The notes: generated by a model not told the origin, from the sequence alone. DNA of 64,000 bases from Octopus bimaculoides (GCF_001194135.2 NC_068990.1:72799465-72863464); one strand, 5' to 3'; shown: positions 38,473-51,541, counted from the stretch's first letter. Translations and numbers: made by a program.

Positions 38473-39093
38473 GTGAGAATTTATTATTTAGCATTTAGTT
38501 AAGCTATGCTAACACGATACAATAATAGAGAATACTTTATTCATTTATTATGTTTTATCAAATCAAAAACTGTTCTGCAATGAAGAACAAATGCACAAAA
38601 ATACATAGACGGCTACTACTGGTGAATTTAATTTAGGATAATAAAAAATAAAAGAATCAAGATTCAAGCTCTCTTTTTACTTTTTTTCTTTCAAAATTAC
38701 AACAAACATTGAAAAAGACAAATTGAATTATTACACCTTTCCTTATCCACGGCATTCACTAATTCAGATGCCAAACATATAAAACTTAAGAAGAGTCAGT
38801 TTCATTCAAATTCTTTCATTCTCACTAAATGTTTGTCTATGAGTCAGGTGTACATACGAAATGCTGAAAATATTAAATTAGATGGAGTCACATACAGTAG
38901 ATTTGAGCAAACCTTCATGTCAGTAAGAAGAATTTTTTTCCCTTCTTTTTTCTTTAGGGTTGGTATACACGTAGAGTTACAAATGATAACATTAATTGGA
39001 TAGCTTTCAAAAAGTTTTAAAACAATTAGTCACTAGCTTTTACTATTTTCTAATCTTGTTACTGCAATTTTCAATAAAAATCAGGGAACTTAC

Positions 39094-39190
39094 ATCTTGT
39101 AAATGTAGCTCTTTATACTTTTGACTTTCTCTCTTTCTTTTCTTTGGCTTATCTGAATCAATTCTCTTTCAAGCTCAGATTGCACATGCA
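39094..39190 (-). CDS. Candidate exon D (97 nt)
   Basis: Donor gat|gtaagt. Frame HVQSELERELIQISQRKEREKVKSIKSYIYK (phase 1 to 2). The acceptor tgattag is weak; the stronger acceptor at 39238 adds TAA TGA in frame. Confidence 0.25.
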
Positions 39191-40137
39191 CTAATCATTA
39201 TTTGCTTGAATCCAAATGTATCAACTCAAAATGTCTTGCTGAAATATGAAACACTATCTCTGAAAATGAGTCATATTACCTATAATTTGTGCATAAATAG
39301 GAATCTCTGAAGACTTACAATGGATGCAAATTTTCAGAATACATTTCTAATAATGCTTGCTCAAGGAAGCTAAAGAATAATGTAGGTTAAGCAATGTGTT
39401 GTTTTAACATTCTACACTATGACAAGTAATACTATAAAGTAGATAAACTAATATTTTATTATCCTATGCACTAACGAAACAAAGAGAACCAATCACATGA
39501 GCCTTCTGATCAGAAGTTTCTGTAAACAGATACTAAATAAGTTCTATTGACTTAAGGCAGTCAGATATTTGTGGCATTTATAGTATTCATGCCTTTCCTC
39601 AGGACATTGTCTAAACAAGTGAAAAATAAAAGCAACTATAAGAAATTGAATTTAGGTCAGAGACACTTAAAAACTATAATTATTTTAGAAATGAATTGCA
39701 GAGAATCTATCCGCCCCCCCCCAAAAAAAAAAACTAGGTATAACATCAATCTAAAACTGATGTGCAATCACTTGCATATAAAACTGAAATATGGAATTTA
39801 AAACACAGATACACCACAGTCTCAGACAAAGAAGCAATGCTAACATCTATTATGGGGCCTTCAAGATCAAAAAACTAAATGTCATTGATATTCAATTCTA
39901 ACTTCTACAGGCTGATGCCTCTAACAAAAATGAAAGTAGGGAAAACATTCTAAAAAGTTGCAAGTGTGAAGAATAAGGATTTGGTGACATGTTTCATACA
40001 GGATTTAAGGGGTGAGACATAGTAAGGATGACTGTTGCAATTGCTTACTCCTATTTCAGCCCTGTTAGGGCTGATCGGTAATCAAAGGCTCTCCAATACA
40101 TACATACATGCATGCATGTATGTAAGTATGTATATAT

Positions 40138-40330
40138 TGGCATGGTTGTGTGATTACATACTGCACTTTGTAAACATGTAATGTGAGGTTCAGTCCCACA
40201 GCACAGCATCCTGAGCAAGTGTTTTCAACTATAGCCCCAGGCCAAACGACACCTTGTGAATAAATCTGTTAGACAGAATCTATCTACCAAGTTCCACTGT
40301 GAGTGTGTGCGTATGTGTGTGTGCGTGCAT
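40138..40330 (+). mobile_element. SINE family A head, diverged
   Basis: 'ggcatggttgtgtg...ggttcagtcccacagcacagcatcctgagcaagtg'. Confidence 0.6.
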
Positions 40331-40581
40331 ATACGTTAAAACACATACATGTTAATGAACATATATATATATATGCATGCTCTTGCCCCTCCACCTCTAA
40401 AAGCTTTAAACATGACTGAAATATAGATTAAACCAGCACCATTTTTTGAATGAACATCTGTGCTTTCCAACTTTCTTCAAGTATCCAAACAACCTTCAAA
40501 AGTATTTAAGTATTTAGTGATAATTCAAATAAAATAATTCAAAAATTTTAATAATTTAAAAGTGATGTAAAATAATAAAAA

Positions 40582-40925
40582 AACAAGAGCACTCAGAGAA
40601 CTCAAACCTCCGTTAAGGCAACACCAACGTCCTCTCAACGATTAGCCAGAGAATATTTTTTAAAATGAGAATATTTGAAATAAACTTGACTGCCCTCACA
40701 AACAAGAATACTAAAAATGAACTCAACTACTCTCAAAAAGTAAGTAAAAAAACCAGAAAAGTAATCCAGAAACTTTGTCCGGTAGACAATTGATTCCAAA
40801 GTCTAATCAGTTTGTGCCAGCTATGAGGCCAAACATCCCTGGAAGTTTCATCTGAATACATCCAGTGGTTCTTTAGATATCTTGTCCACGGACAAACAAA
40901 CAAACATGACTGAAAACAATACCCA
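40582..40925 (+). mobile_element. Helentron-associated non-autonomous element (HINE-like)
   Basis: Starts AACAAGAGCACTCAGAG..CAAACCTCCG in an A/T target and ends GATATCTTGTCCACGGAC(AAAC)n..GAAAACAATACC. This is the architecture of DINE-1/HINE-type elements (family assignment from recollection). Confidence 0.55.
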
Positions 40926-41004
40926 GTCTGGGAATTGAACTCACAATCTCAAGATTGTGAGCCCGATGCTCTAACCAGAGCCATGCACCTTCACATGTGT
41001 GCGT

Positions 41005-41221
41005 GCACGTGTATGTGTGTTTATAGTTGTTTGTCCTCCACCACCACTTGACAGCCGTCATTGGTTTGTTTACATTCCTCCCCATAACTTAGCAGTTCAG
41101 AATAAACAACTGACGCAATAAGTAACAGGCTTTAAAAAGTAAATCCTGGGGCTGATTCATTCAACTAAACTCCTTGAAGGTAGTGCCCATGCCAGCATGG
41201 CTGCAGTCCATTGACTGAAAA
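41005..41221 (+). mobile_element. SINE family A 3' half
   Basis: 'tttgtcctccaccaccacttgacagcc...gccagcatggctgcagtccattgactgaaa'. Confidence 0.7.
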
Positions 41222-41689
41222 TCTTATTTCTCTCATGGTGTATTTCTTTAAAATGCAAACTAGTGTGAATGTATAATTAATGTTATTTATAGCAAAAAAA
41301 AAAAACAAAAACATTTATCACCTGTATTTTTTTTTTTTTTACTCTGAAGTAACTTATATCAATTTTTTATCCACTTCACAGTACTTGATAATTTAGATAC
41401 AAAAATGGAGAGAAATATTTTTTTTGTATATTATAAATCAATTTTAGTTAAATGTCATCCTTCCACACACCACGTTTTGTTATTTCTGATTTGTTTTAAA
41501 TTTATGATGCAGAAACACATATGTCGAAATGGAGTGGGAAGCGAGGCAGGATGCTAAATGCTTCCTGACTAGAACTCGGTTTTGTTATTGTGAAATGAAA
41601 AAGATACCAAATAATAAATAAAGACTGCTCTTGTTTAGAGACAGGGTTAATTTTCTTAGTGTATTGTTATGAGATGGCAATGAATGAAA

Positions 41690-42690
41690 GAACGAAAGGA
41701 AGAAAGAACAGAATAAAGAATGAAAGAAAAAGAAGATAGAAGGAAGGAAGGAAGGGAGGAAGGAAGGAAACAGAAAGAGAGAAGGAAAGAAAGGAAGGAA
41801 AGAAGGTAAAGAGGAAGGAAAGCAAAAGAAAAGAAAAGAGGAGAGAAGGAAAAGAAAGAAAAGAGAAAGAAAGGAAGGAGGGAGGGAAAAAAGAAATGAA
41901 GGAAAGAGAGAAGGAAAACCAAAGAAAGATGGAAAGAGGGAGAGAAAGAAAAGAAGGAAAGAAAGAGAAAGAAAAGAAGGAAAGAAAGAGAAAGAAAAGA
42001 AGGAAAGAAAGAGAAAGAAAAACAAAGAAAAAGAAAAGGGAAGAAAGAGAAAGAAAGGAAAGAAAGACGGCAGGGAGGGAAGGAAGGAAAAAGAAAGAGA
42101 AATGGACACACTATAAGCAAATGAGGAAGATAAAAACAAAAATAGTAAGCAAGAGTAAAAAGGAGTTAGAGTAAGAACTGAAAGAGAGGAAGAAATAATG
42201 AAAATATGGAGAATGGAATAAGTATGTTTAAAGAAAAAGAAATGGCAAATAGAAGGAATAAATTGAAGAAAAGAAAACTGGGAAAGGAATGATAAAAAAA
42301 AATATGAATAATGACAAGGAAAAAGGTAGAATGTGTGGAAGAAAGAATGAATAAGTTAAAGATAAAAAAAATAATAAAGAATGGTTGTAAGAGAAAGGTG
42401 AATGAGTGAAATAAATAACTGGCAAGTAATGAGTGAGTGAAAGATGAAGGATGGAATAAAAATGGGAGATAGAAATAAAAAAAACAGAAGCAAGAAAATA
42501 TAAGAAAATAAAAAAATGGAAAAGCAGAATGAGTAAAATGAAAGAAAAAAAGATACATAAAAGCAAGAAGGTCAAAAAAATAAAATCAAAATGAAAGAAG
42601 GTGGCAGAAAGATGAAGACAGTTGATGAAAAAGGAAGATGAAGAGGATAAAGAGAGCAAAGGTAAAAAAAAACTGAAGATGAAAAATATA
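41690..42690. repeat. (GAAA/GGAA)-rich low-complexity tract
   Basis: Nearly pure purine on + for long stretches. Explains ORFs 41585-42710. Confidence 0.9.
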
Positions 42691-42699
42691 TTAAGACTA

Positions 42700-43825
42700 C
42701 CCCGCCCCACTGCCCAGCCCTCTCTATGATGTATTACATGAGGTGGAGGTTGTTGTCAATAGACCTGTCTGCGATGGCACATGTTTGTGCATCACTAATC
42801 AGACCACTGCCGACAAGTGCCAACCTCCTTGACAAGACCTTGGCCAAAATTCTGGAATCGACATTTAGCACAGTTATGGGCTGACGATTTATCAGTGTGA
42901 TCATCCTTGTTAGGGTCCTTTCTCAGCAGCAGTACCCTCACTACTTGACTCATAGAACGGGGGGGGGGGGTCCTTTCTGTTCTCTTTTAATTGTTTGGGA
43001 GCTTTCAGTTGTTGTTTGTGATATAGCACTTGTTGATGACAATGTTCCTTCCTTTGTTTTTGTTGTTCTTGCTTCCTTAGTGTTTGCTTTGGTTGCAGTT
43101 GGTTTTAGTGCTGCAGCTGCTGTCATTGTTGCAGTTGCGATCACAAACTGCTCCGGTTTTTGTTGCTGCTATGGAGGTGTCCTTTTTTTTTTTTTCCTGT
43201 GGTCAGAAAGCTTTGAGATGGTTTTTGTCACCATAGAAGTGCCATCTTGACTTTCTGCACTCAACAGCCACATACAATTGTTGTGAGTCATCTGGAATAT
43301 TGTTTAGGTTCAGAGAATATTCCATGCTTCGGTGATACATTTGAAATAATAGCTTGGCCCAGCAATTTTCTTTCTCTAACCTCTGGATTCATTGAATATC
43401 AATTTAGTCTTCGATGTCAATGAAAACAGCTGCCACCAGGCAGCTAAGTGTTTACTACTAGGAGCAAATCTACTATCTTTATTCTTACTACTCTATGGCC
43501 AAAGTAGATTGCTACCAAGATTAGTTCGTTACTCCTTAGGGTTGTTGTGGAGTGCTTCCTGGCTTCATCTGCTGTTGGGAATCTCACCTATATTGAGCTG
43601 TAATTTTTTTTCCCTGACAACATATGTTTTAGTGTCCCAGAGGGATCTGAGGCACTTTTCTATTGGCTGCTGTGTTGCCAGCTCTATTTTATTACCTTTG
43701 AGCACCTAAACAACAATTTTGAAGCTGGTTTCTTGCCGAATGGATTCCAGTATGTTTAAGGTTACATCGTGTCCAGATCTCGAAAGCATCTTCTTCACAT
43801 TTTTTAAAGTGTGCACACTGAACTA
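42700..43825 (-). mobile_element. L1-Tx1 clade non-LTR retrotransposon relic (ORF1 plus RT N-terminus)
   Basis: The RT piece LLRKDPNK..RQPITVLNVDSRILAKVLSRRL..LISDAQTCAIADRSIDNNLHLM (42960-42700) is the Tx1/L1 RPI.LLN.D.KILAK...Q.CAI.GR.I.DN motif. The ORF1 piece has VRFPTADEARKHSTT and a decayed zinc knuckle VAVECRKSRWHFYGDKNHLKAF*P. Confidence 0.8.
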
Positions 43826-44475
43826 CAAAAGGAATGATAAGTCAGGCATTAATGTTTGCATAAGTAACAGAAGACATCAGCTCTTTGGCTAGGACTGCAT
43901 TTTCCAGCATATGAGTCAGATTTTTGAGACTAAAATTTACAGCCAAAATCAGGTAGGTCTACTTATATGTCAAAATGATTTTGAAGGACCAAAAATTTCA
44001 TGTGAAATTCAGAAAGAATTGGAAAAATAGTGACAATGCTTAAATGTTTACACTACTTGTTTGCACTGTATACAAAGCCAGGAACTACTGCATGTCAACA
44101 CTCAGCACATTTCACTTGCTGTGATTCATATGGTAACATGATCAAACCAAGGAACATCTCACACATACCCATACATATATGTATAGACACACACACTCAC
44201 ATAATAGTACAGGAATACATACATGAAAATTGTAAATTATGATGTGTGTATGTGTCTATTTAATTAATTTCAAAAGAGAAATTAAGAATAAATCAAAATT
44301 AACGTCCATCAAGTTATGGAAGTTTGTGAATGTATATACAGAGATTATTGTTGCAAGCATTAGAAATTAAACTTAATTTGCAAATTGATTGATATAAATC
44401 CAAAAACAAGCCATTTATAAATTCAAATTCAAAAATAGTTTCATAGAAATATGGAACAACACCCCTACACATGAT

Positions 44476-44524
<49 letters not shown>

Positions 44525-44579
44525 GAAGTGATAATACACAAACACACACACATTTGTGCAAGTACACTGTTTTACTCAC

Positions 44580-44649
44580 TTGCATTATGTGTAGATGCGT
44601 AAAAACACATAAGAGCAAGCTCAGAAAGCAAATTGTATGAATTGATAAA
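44580..44649 (-). CDS. Candidate exon C (70 nt)
   Basis: Acceptor atcttttatag, donor caa|gtgagt. Frame FINSYNLLSELALMCFYASTHNA (phase 0 to 1); a second frame is also open. Confidence 0.2.
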
Positions 44650-45164
44650 CTATAAAAGATTCAAGTCTTTTATTCTGTGAAATGTGAATGCATGGATGAA
44701 ATTAATGAGATTATGTTTGAACATAGGTGGTATCTTAAACACAATCACATTAACAGAGCTCCCATGTTTTGTCACAGTACTAATATACATTAGAAAAGCT
44801 GCTGAGAAGTAGTGTTGGAATTAATTCTAAATTTGTTGGAATCTTATAAAGATTGATAATATGTCTTGTACACATGGAGAACAATAATAGAGTAGGTAAT
44901 CAAATTATATAATAAAAAATATAGTGACACACATGTATACACACATATATATATAAAATGTGTGTGTGTCTGAGTGTGTGTGTATGTGTGTGTATGTGTG
45001 TGAGAATATGGAGGGGAAAGTGATAAGATCACAAACAACTAGCAGTAAGGTTGGCAGCTGCTACCTTAGCAGCAGCAGTACTGCATCATATCCATTGTCA
45101 AGTAATATTTCACCTTCAAGGAGCCTATCTTGCCTGAGTGGTGCAGGGTAGAAGGCAAACTCAC

Positions 45165-45187
45165 AAGGAATTTGTCACCTTGCAAAT
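45165..45187 (-). CDS. Candidate 23-nt microexon B
   Basis: Long pyrimidine tract ...gttgttcatttcag, donor ctt|gtgagt. Reads xLQGDKFL or ICKVTNS depending on frame. Confidence 0.25.
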
Positions 45188-46102
45188 CTGAAATGAACAA
45201 CTACAGTAAAAAGAAGAAAAAGGAAAGGGGTAAATGCTGCACAAGTCCTAAGAACTGAACCAAGATCCTATAATTACCTACATCTGCATTGGTATTGGAC
45301 ACGGGCTGAACATAACAGCTGGTTAACTACACACAGTCCATCACACATTAAATATATTATACACTGACATATATCAGTGTGGGATGTCTTGGTTAACTAC
45401 TAGAAATTCTGTATGAAGATATGTAAGTTATTTATTAGCATAAATTAGAAATCTCTCTGTCTCTCTCTCCCTCTCTCTGTTAGTCCGTCCTCCAAAGGGA
45501 GATAACTCTTATCTTATTGAATTTATCTCCCTTAATTACGATATCTATCGGTGTATCTATCTAGTCACACACATATGCACGCGCACACACACATACATAC
45601 ACTAACCAGTGTTACCATATGATAGCTAACATCAAGTTACGTTTGTAATTAATTCATAGTTAAACAGTAGTATTGTTATTGATAATATATTTATGACCAA
45701 TATACATTTGAAAAACTTGGTTTATTTAATTTCATTTTAATTAATAGATATTTGAAAAATTACTGTTCATTTCATCATTTTATATAACCACCATGAAATT
45801 TGTTATAATTATGGTACCCTTTTAACATCATCTGTTATTACCTACGTTATCTGTTACTACCTACAAGGGCTAAAGTATATTATCAACATTACTCATCAAA
45901 TGACAGATAACATTCTGGTATCATTTATACTATAGAACATATTATGCTCTCAGGTATATGAAGTCTGAGACAATAAAATAAAGTTATAATATTTTTTTCC
46001 ATTCAAATCACCATTAAAATAGCTAAAATATTTTTTATGTAAAATTAAAAAATGCAATTGAAATAATGTTCAGACAAATATTTAAGGTGATGTATTACTT
46101 AC

Positions 46103-46140
46103 TAGCTTAAAAAAAAATAAAAGGACTTCTATGACTGCTT
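46103..46140 (-). CDS. Candidate exon A (38 nt)
   Basis: Acceptor ttttcatcatattttcattttag, donor cta|gtaagt. The only open frame is AVIEVLLFFFKL. Confidence 0.2.
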
Positions 46141-47494
46141 CTAAAATGAAAATATGATGAAAACTTAATATATTTCTTTGATATGAATTATAGCATTTCA
46201 TCAATAGAGAATATTGTCTTTGCAGCAACAGTTACAATGATGTATGGAATGATGCTACGTTATTTATTTGTTCTGAAATCATTAGAAATGACAGCATCAA
46301 AGAAATATTTCCTATTAAGAACACAGCTTTCCTTTGACCAGTAACTGAATTTTAAGCATTAGAAAACTCCCATTGGACCATTTGAAATGAAAAGAAACAC
46401 AAACATAGACAGCTATTCTCTTTGATTATCATGCTGCAACATTTAGTTCAATGTCAGACTTGCATGGCTCTGACCTTGATCTATCATATTCCGATGACTG
46501 TTTGGTAAATGAATTATTTTTGCAAATATCTACTAACATAATATCCATAATCTACACTGAGTTGGTCACTATCCTATTTGTCTGCTTCATAAAACGCTTC
46601 ATAGTAAACAACGAAAGCTATTTTCTCAGTATTGCAAGGCTATCCCTGTACTGGCATCCTTGTATTTATTGTATCTTGTGCAGAAAATTCTAAAATACCA
46701 AGTTTACTTAACAACTGAACAAAGTTAAACAATCTAAATTTTTATTCTATTTTTGAGCTACCCACCAAAACACACTCCTCAAATATTTCTATACATTTTC
46801 CAGTTATATCTAGCAATTCAGTGTTTAACCTGTGACAACCTCATATACAACACAGGATGAATATTATCCTAAAATCAGAATATCAAGATCTGTGAACATA
46901 TATCTCTATTTAATACATAACAAGTATTCAGTCGACAGATCTTGCTGACTTATTAGCAAGTATTCAAAGATGTTACCAGAAACAAGAGAGGAGTCAACTA
47001 CAATAATTCTAAATATATGACAATTCTCTGGTAATATGCTAAAAAAAAAAATGAACAAATATCAAGTGTTTTATTTTTTTCTTCAAAATCCAGTATTTCC
47101 AACTTAATTTATGTTCTCATGTATATAATGTAATTGATTATTCATGAACAAACAATTTCAACACTCTATTTTATTTTAGTTACCATGTGGATTTCACTCT
47201 ATTTTGGTATATATACACTATAGAGTTGCCAAGTTAAATCTGATTCAGTAAACAAATAAAACAAAAAAATTTTCAAAAATAAAAAAATTCACTAAGCTCC
47301 CAAGCTTCCCTCATCACATCAGCTTGAGAAGCCTTTTTCTTTTTAATTTTATTCATTTGTGTAGTTTACTCTTTAGAGCCCTAATATTTACATTGTGTCA
47401 TTGCTGGAAATAAACTTGCATTGGTGTAACATTTAAAATCAAACTGATTAATAGCAAAGAATTCAAACATGAAATATATACGAAGAGATTTTAT

Positions 47495-47529
<35 letters not shown>

Positions 47530-50500
47530 CATAAAGCATTTAATCTGTAATTTTTAAAGGCTTTAAAAGAAATCTCAACTTAGATTTTAACGGCTAATTT
47601 ACATGAATTAACTTATTAGTTTTGGTAGTTAGGATGCTAATATTCTGTAAAATGTCCAAGTGAAAAAGCTCAGTATTGTGGTCTCAATGAGTTCTTAATT
47701 CAAGTAAACTTTGTGATAGGTCACAGATACAGTCTCTTTTCTCTCCCTCCACCCATTCCATTTTTCTTCCTTGCTCATCTTGGCACTTATTCAGACAATA
47801 ATTTAATTAGTACAATTATTTTCACAAGTCAGTAACACTGGTCTTTTGTCTACAATCTAGCAGAACAACAAGAGGCAACTTTCAAACTTAACTGAAAAGC
47901 TGGACATTTTAAGGAAAGAGATATATATCCACATTTGAAATTGTGCCAATAGCAACATTAGACATGGTTAGTGCAGTTAAATTGTATTTGTTGTCTCAGA
48001 CAATCAGTGAATGAGAGGATTATCATTTAACAGACACACACACATACATATACAATACTTTTAGACTCATCAAATATTAAGAGGTACATGAAATGCTACA
48101 AAATGTAGAGTTACAAGCCCAAATGGCCATAAACAAGCACGCATTTATTCAACCTTGCCAAGGTCAGATGGAAACATCAATATATTGATTTCAGTAAAAT
48201 GATCATAGATTAGTTTAAGCTGAGTAGCATAGTTCATCTGGAGTCCAGGTCTAAAAGTTATTTGGTGGGGGCCAATTCATATTTTAGCTTCAACAGACCT
48301 CAACAAGATATGCTATTTTTATTAGAAAATCCCTAAGTAAGTAGGCATTGTTTGTGGAATAGAAACGAGACACCAAAATCTTGGAAGGCTGCCACAAGGA
48401 TTTTAAACACTGGTCATTAGCATATGAGAAACAGACCAGGCAACCCATATCAAAACAGCTGGTGGCATACTGACCTTAGAAATGGAATATCCTGAATTAT
48501 AAAAGTTATTTTTTTTGTTTTCTTATTTTCTTAATTTTCTTTCTTTTTAATATTAACATTCCGTTTAAAGGTCTAGCCCTTGATTTTATTTAGAATTCAT
48601 ACAAAATATTTCAAAAATCTGATGTAATATTTTAAGATATAAACAATCAGTTGATTATAATTTCATAAAGTAATATTCATGAAATATAGCATAAAGATTA
48701 AATCCAATAGTATGTCAACCAGTTTTATATATTGTACAAAATGCAATGAAAATATATCATGCTCAACAGAAGAAAAACAAACAACAAATAAACCAAATTA
48801 AACATTAGGAAAATTTTAAAAAATCATTTCATATAGTGAGCTACAACAAATGTCATAAAGCCTATTTAACAAATTTCTTCAGACATATAGAATTTGTAAT
48901 CCAATGATTTTTTTTTTTTATCCTCAAGAAATTATATTTTCATTCAATATCTTGATAAATTGATATGAAGTCTCTCTGCTATACAGTTTATCTTTACAAT
49001 TTTTATATTGTATCGTATTTAATGATATGCTTAAGTTCATAATACTTAAGCTATAAAAACTAAAAAGATCAGCTTATGGCATTAATGTTAGGATAGGTTT
49101 TCCTTAATGCACAATATGAAAGTTTTGTTTCATAGAAAATGAAACTTACTCAAAATAGAAATAATAAAACAAAATGAATAATTGAATTTTCTAGTGCAAG
49201 GCTTTAGCACTTTAAACCCAAATTATTGTTAATAATCAGCTTTTAATATATATTGAAGAACTACATTTAGTCAAGTTGGTTGTGTATTAGCTTCCCAAAC
49301 ATAAAAATCCATAGTTAAGGTTCCTTTACTTGGACTACACTGTCATTGACAAAGACAATTCTTAATATACAAGACTATTCAATCAAATAGCCTAGTTGAC
49401 CTAGAAGTAAGCAGTTATCATAGAGAATATGTGAATATGCAATAAATTCTTAACAAGTTCTACAGCTCTTGTTTTAATTCTTCATTTAAATAGCTTTACA
49501 TACTGTTCAACTTACAACTTCTGCTATGCACAATACTTCAAAGCTTCATAACAACTGAAGGAACTACAATTAAAATGCGGCAAAATTGCAATAGCCATGC
49601 AAATAAAGTAACGAATAACTGTCGACTTCCAGTTAGATGATTTTTGCTCTGCTAAAGGTGTGAGTATGAATTCTCCAAGTAAGCACAAGGCATTAGATAT
49701 TTAGGACTGGGAGATGATATTTCATTAGGTTTTTACAAGTTTTCCATAGCCAACATCCTCAACTTTATTTGTCAATTATCACTGAGAGGTGTATTAAGCT
49801 AGTTAATGAAGTAGGCTTACTAACTCAAAACCCTGTATAGTGATATACAGCCTGGAGAAAAAAAAAATAAAAGCACTTTGCCAAGAGATCATCATGCTTA
49901 ATTTAGAAAGCAAGTGTTATGCTTGAACATATAAGGTATCAGACTCCGAACTATACAGACATTAATTTTTACACAATAGACATTTACTGTGTTCCTGCTC
50001 ACGATATTAAGACCAATGTGACCAAAACTTCATGCCACTTTAACAATCATTAATTATCAAGTAATTTACTGTAAATGCGCATATACATGTAGGTGAAAGG
50101 TACACATAGAGTGTACAAGCATTTGCGAACTGTATATGTGAGTGTGAGTACGCATGCATACAGACAGACAGATCGATAGATAGAGACAGACAGAAAGAGC
50201 ATGAAATTATTATATGTATATGTATATATTTACAAAGGAAGCATTATTTTTCCGATGTACAAATAAATCCAGATTGATTTGCAATGCAAGACAATTTTAC
50301 AAGTGATGATTCCAAATGACCAGACATCAATATGAAGCAAACTTTAAATTCTGCAGGTCAAATATTTCTTCTGCATTTTAGTTTATTTAGAATGAAATAT
50401 GCTACTGGTACTTAGTTGCTTGGTTACGTAAAAATAAAATGGCTAAGATTATCCTAAACTGTAAAATGATTAAAATAGGACATAAAGAAGAAATTAGCAG

Positions 50501-51541
50501 AGATTTTAGTGTTTTAGTACTTTACTTTTTGTTATTTTTTCTCTGAATTAATAATACTACTTAGATGTTTTTTGTAAGAAATATAGAGAAATAAAGATTT
50601 ACCATTTCCTAAAGAAAAAAAAAATTATCCCAAGTTAATGCTTACAGCATCAGTAACATTCACTATTGGAAAGTAAACCTTTCTAGCCAAAACAATCGAG
50701 TTGTTTCTTACACTAAACTTTATTATAGGTTTATACTATATCATACTACATATTGAACCAGTATTGTTTTTTATCAAATTAAAATATCTTCAATTTATTC
50801 CTCTGCAATTTCTATGGGCCAATTTACTTGTAATTCAACGAAATTCATGACAGAAAGCATTACCTGGAAATGTTGCTTGTGCAAATTATAAGACAGTAAC
50901 ATAATAGTATATATTCTGTGATAGTAGGAGTTTTAGTATGCTAAGGCAGAATCGGTCAGATATTGTGACATTGTGGTTGCATGAAAGTTTCATATTTAAA
51001 AAGAGACCTGCTCCCACAGAAACTGAGATTTAAAAACTGAGACATGGTTAATATGAATAGGCTTGGTTTTATGAAAGTAAAAAAAAAAAAAAGTTAGCAG
51101 ACAAGTGTAACAAAGAATTTATATGCAAAGACAAGCAGGAAGGGTAAAAGTGCACACACACACATACACAATGTTGGTAAAGGCAAAAGAGGAGAATTTG
51201 GTAGGTTGATTAGTATCGGTGTAGATGTAAAGTTCATTTGTACAAGAAGCAAAGAAGATTTACAGAAGATGATAGAGAATTCTTCAAATGGAACACTGAT
51301 GATGAGCAGACAACTTAGTGCTGTAGATTGAATTCTATGTTCTTTTGTTTGTTTTTTTTTTACTTCCTTTTATTTTGCTTTTATTTATCATTATTTTTGA
51401 TACACTAGCAGCTTAAAGCTTTAACCACTCTTAGAATGAAAAGAGAGAAATATTAAAAGAAAAAAAAAATGCAAAATTTTTTTTGTGAGGACTTTAATAA
51501 GTTTAATTAAACCAATTTCAAACTATAAATTATTTCTTGAA

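Noticed and set aside
41585-42710. ORFs of up to 184 aa rich in F/L/S or K/E/R (also 25312-27094)
   Set aside because: They are translations of GA-rich low-complexity DNA.
46451-46830. ORF 46451..46693 (+) and minus-strand LNTELLDITGKCIEIFEECVL
   Set aside because: No recognisable family and weak splice donors. Cannot be separated from chance.
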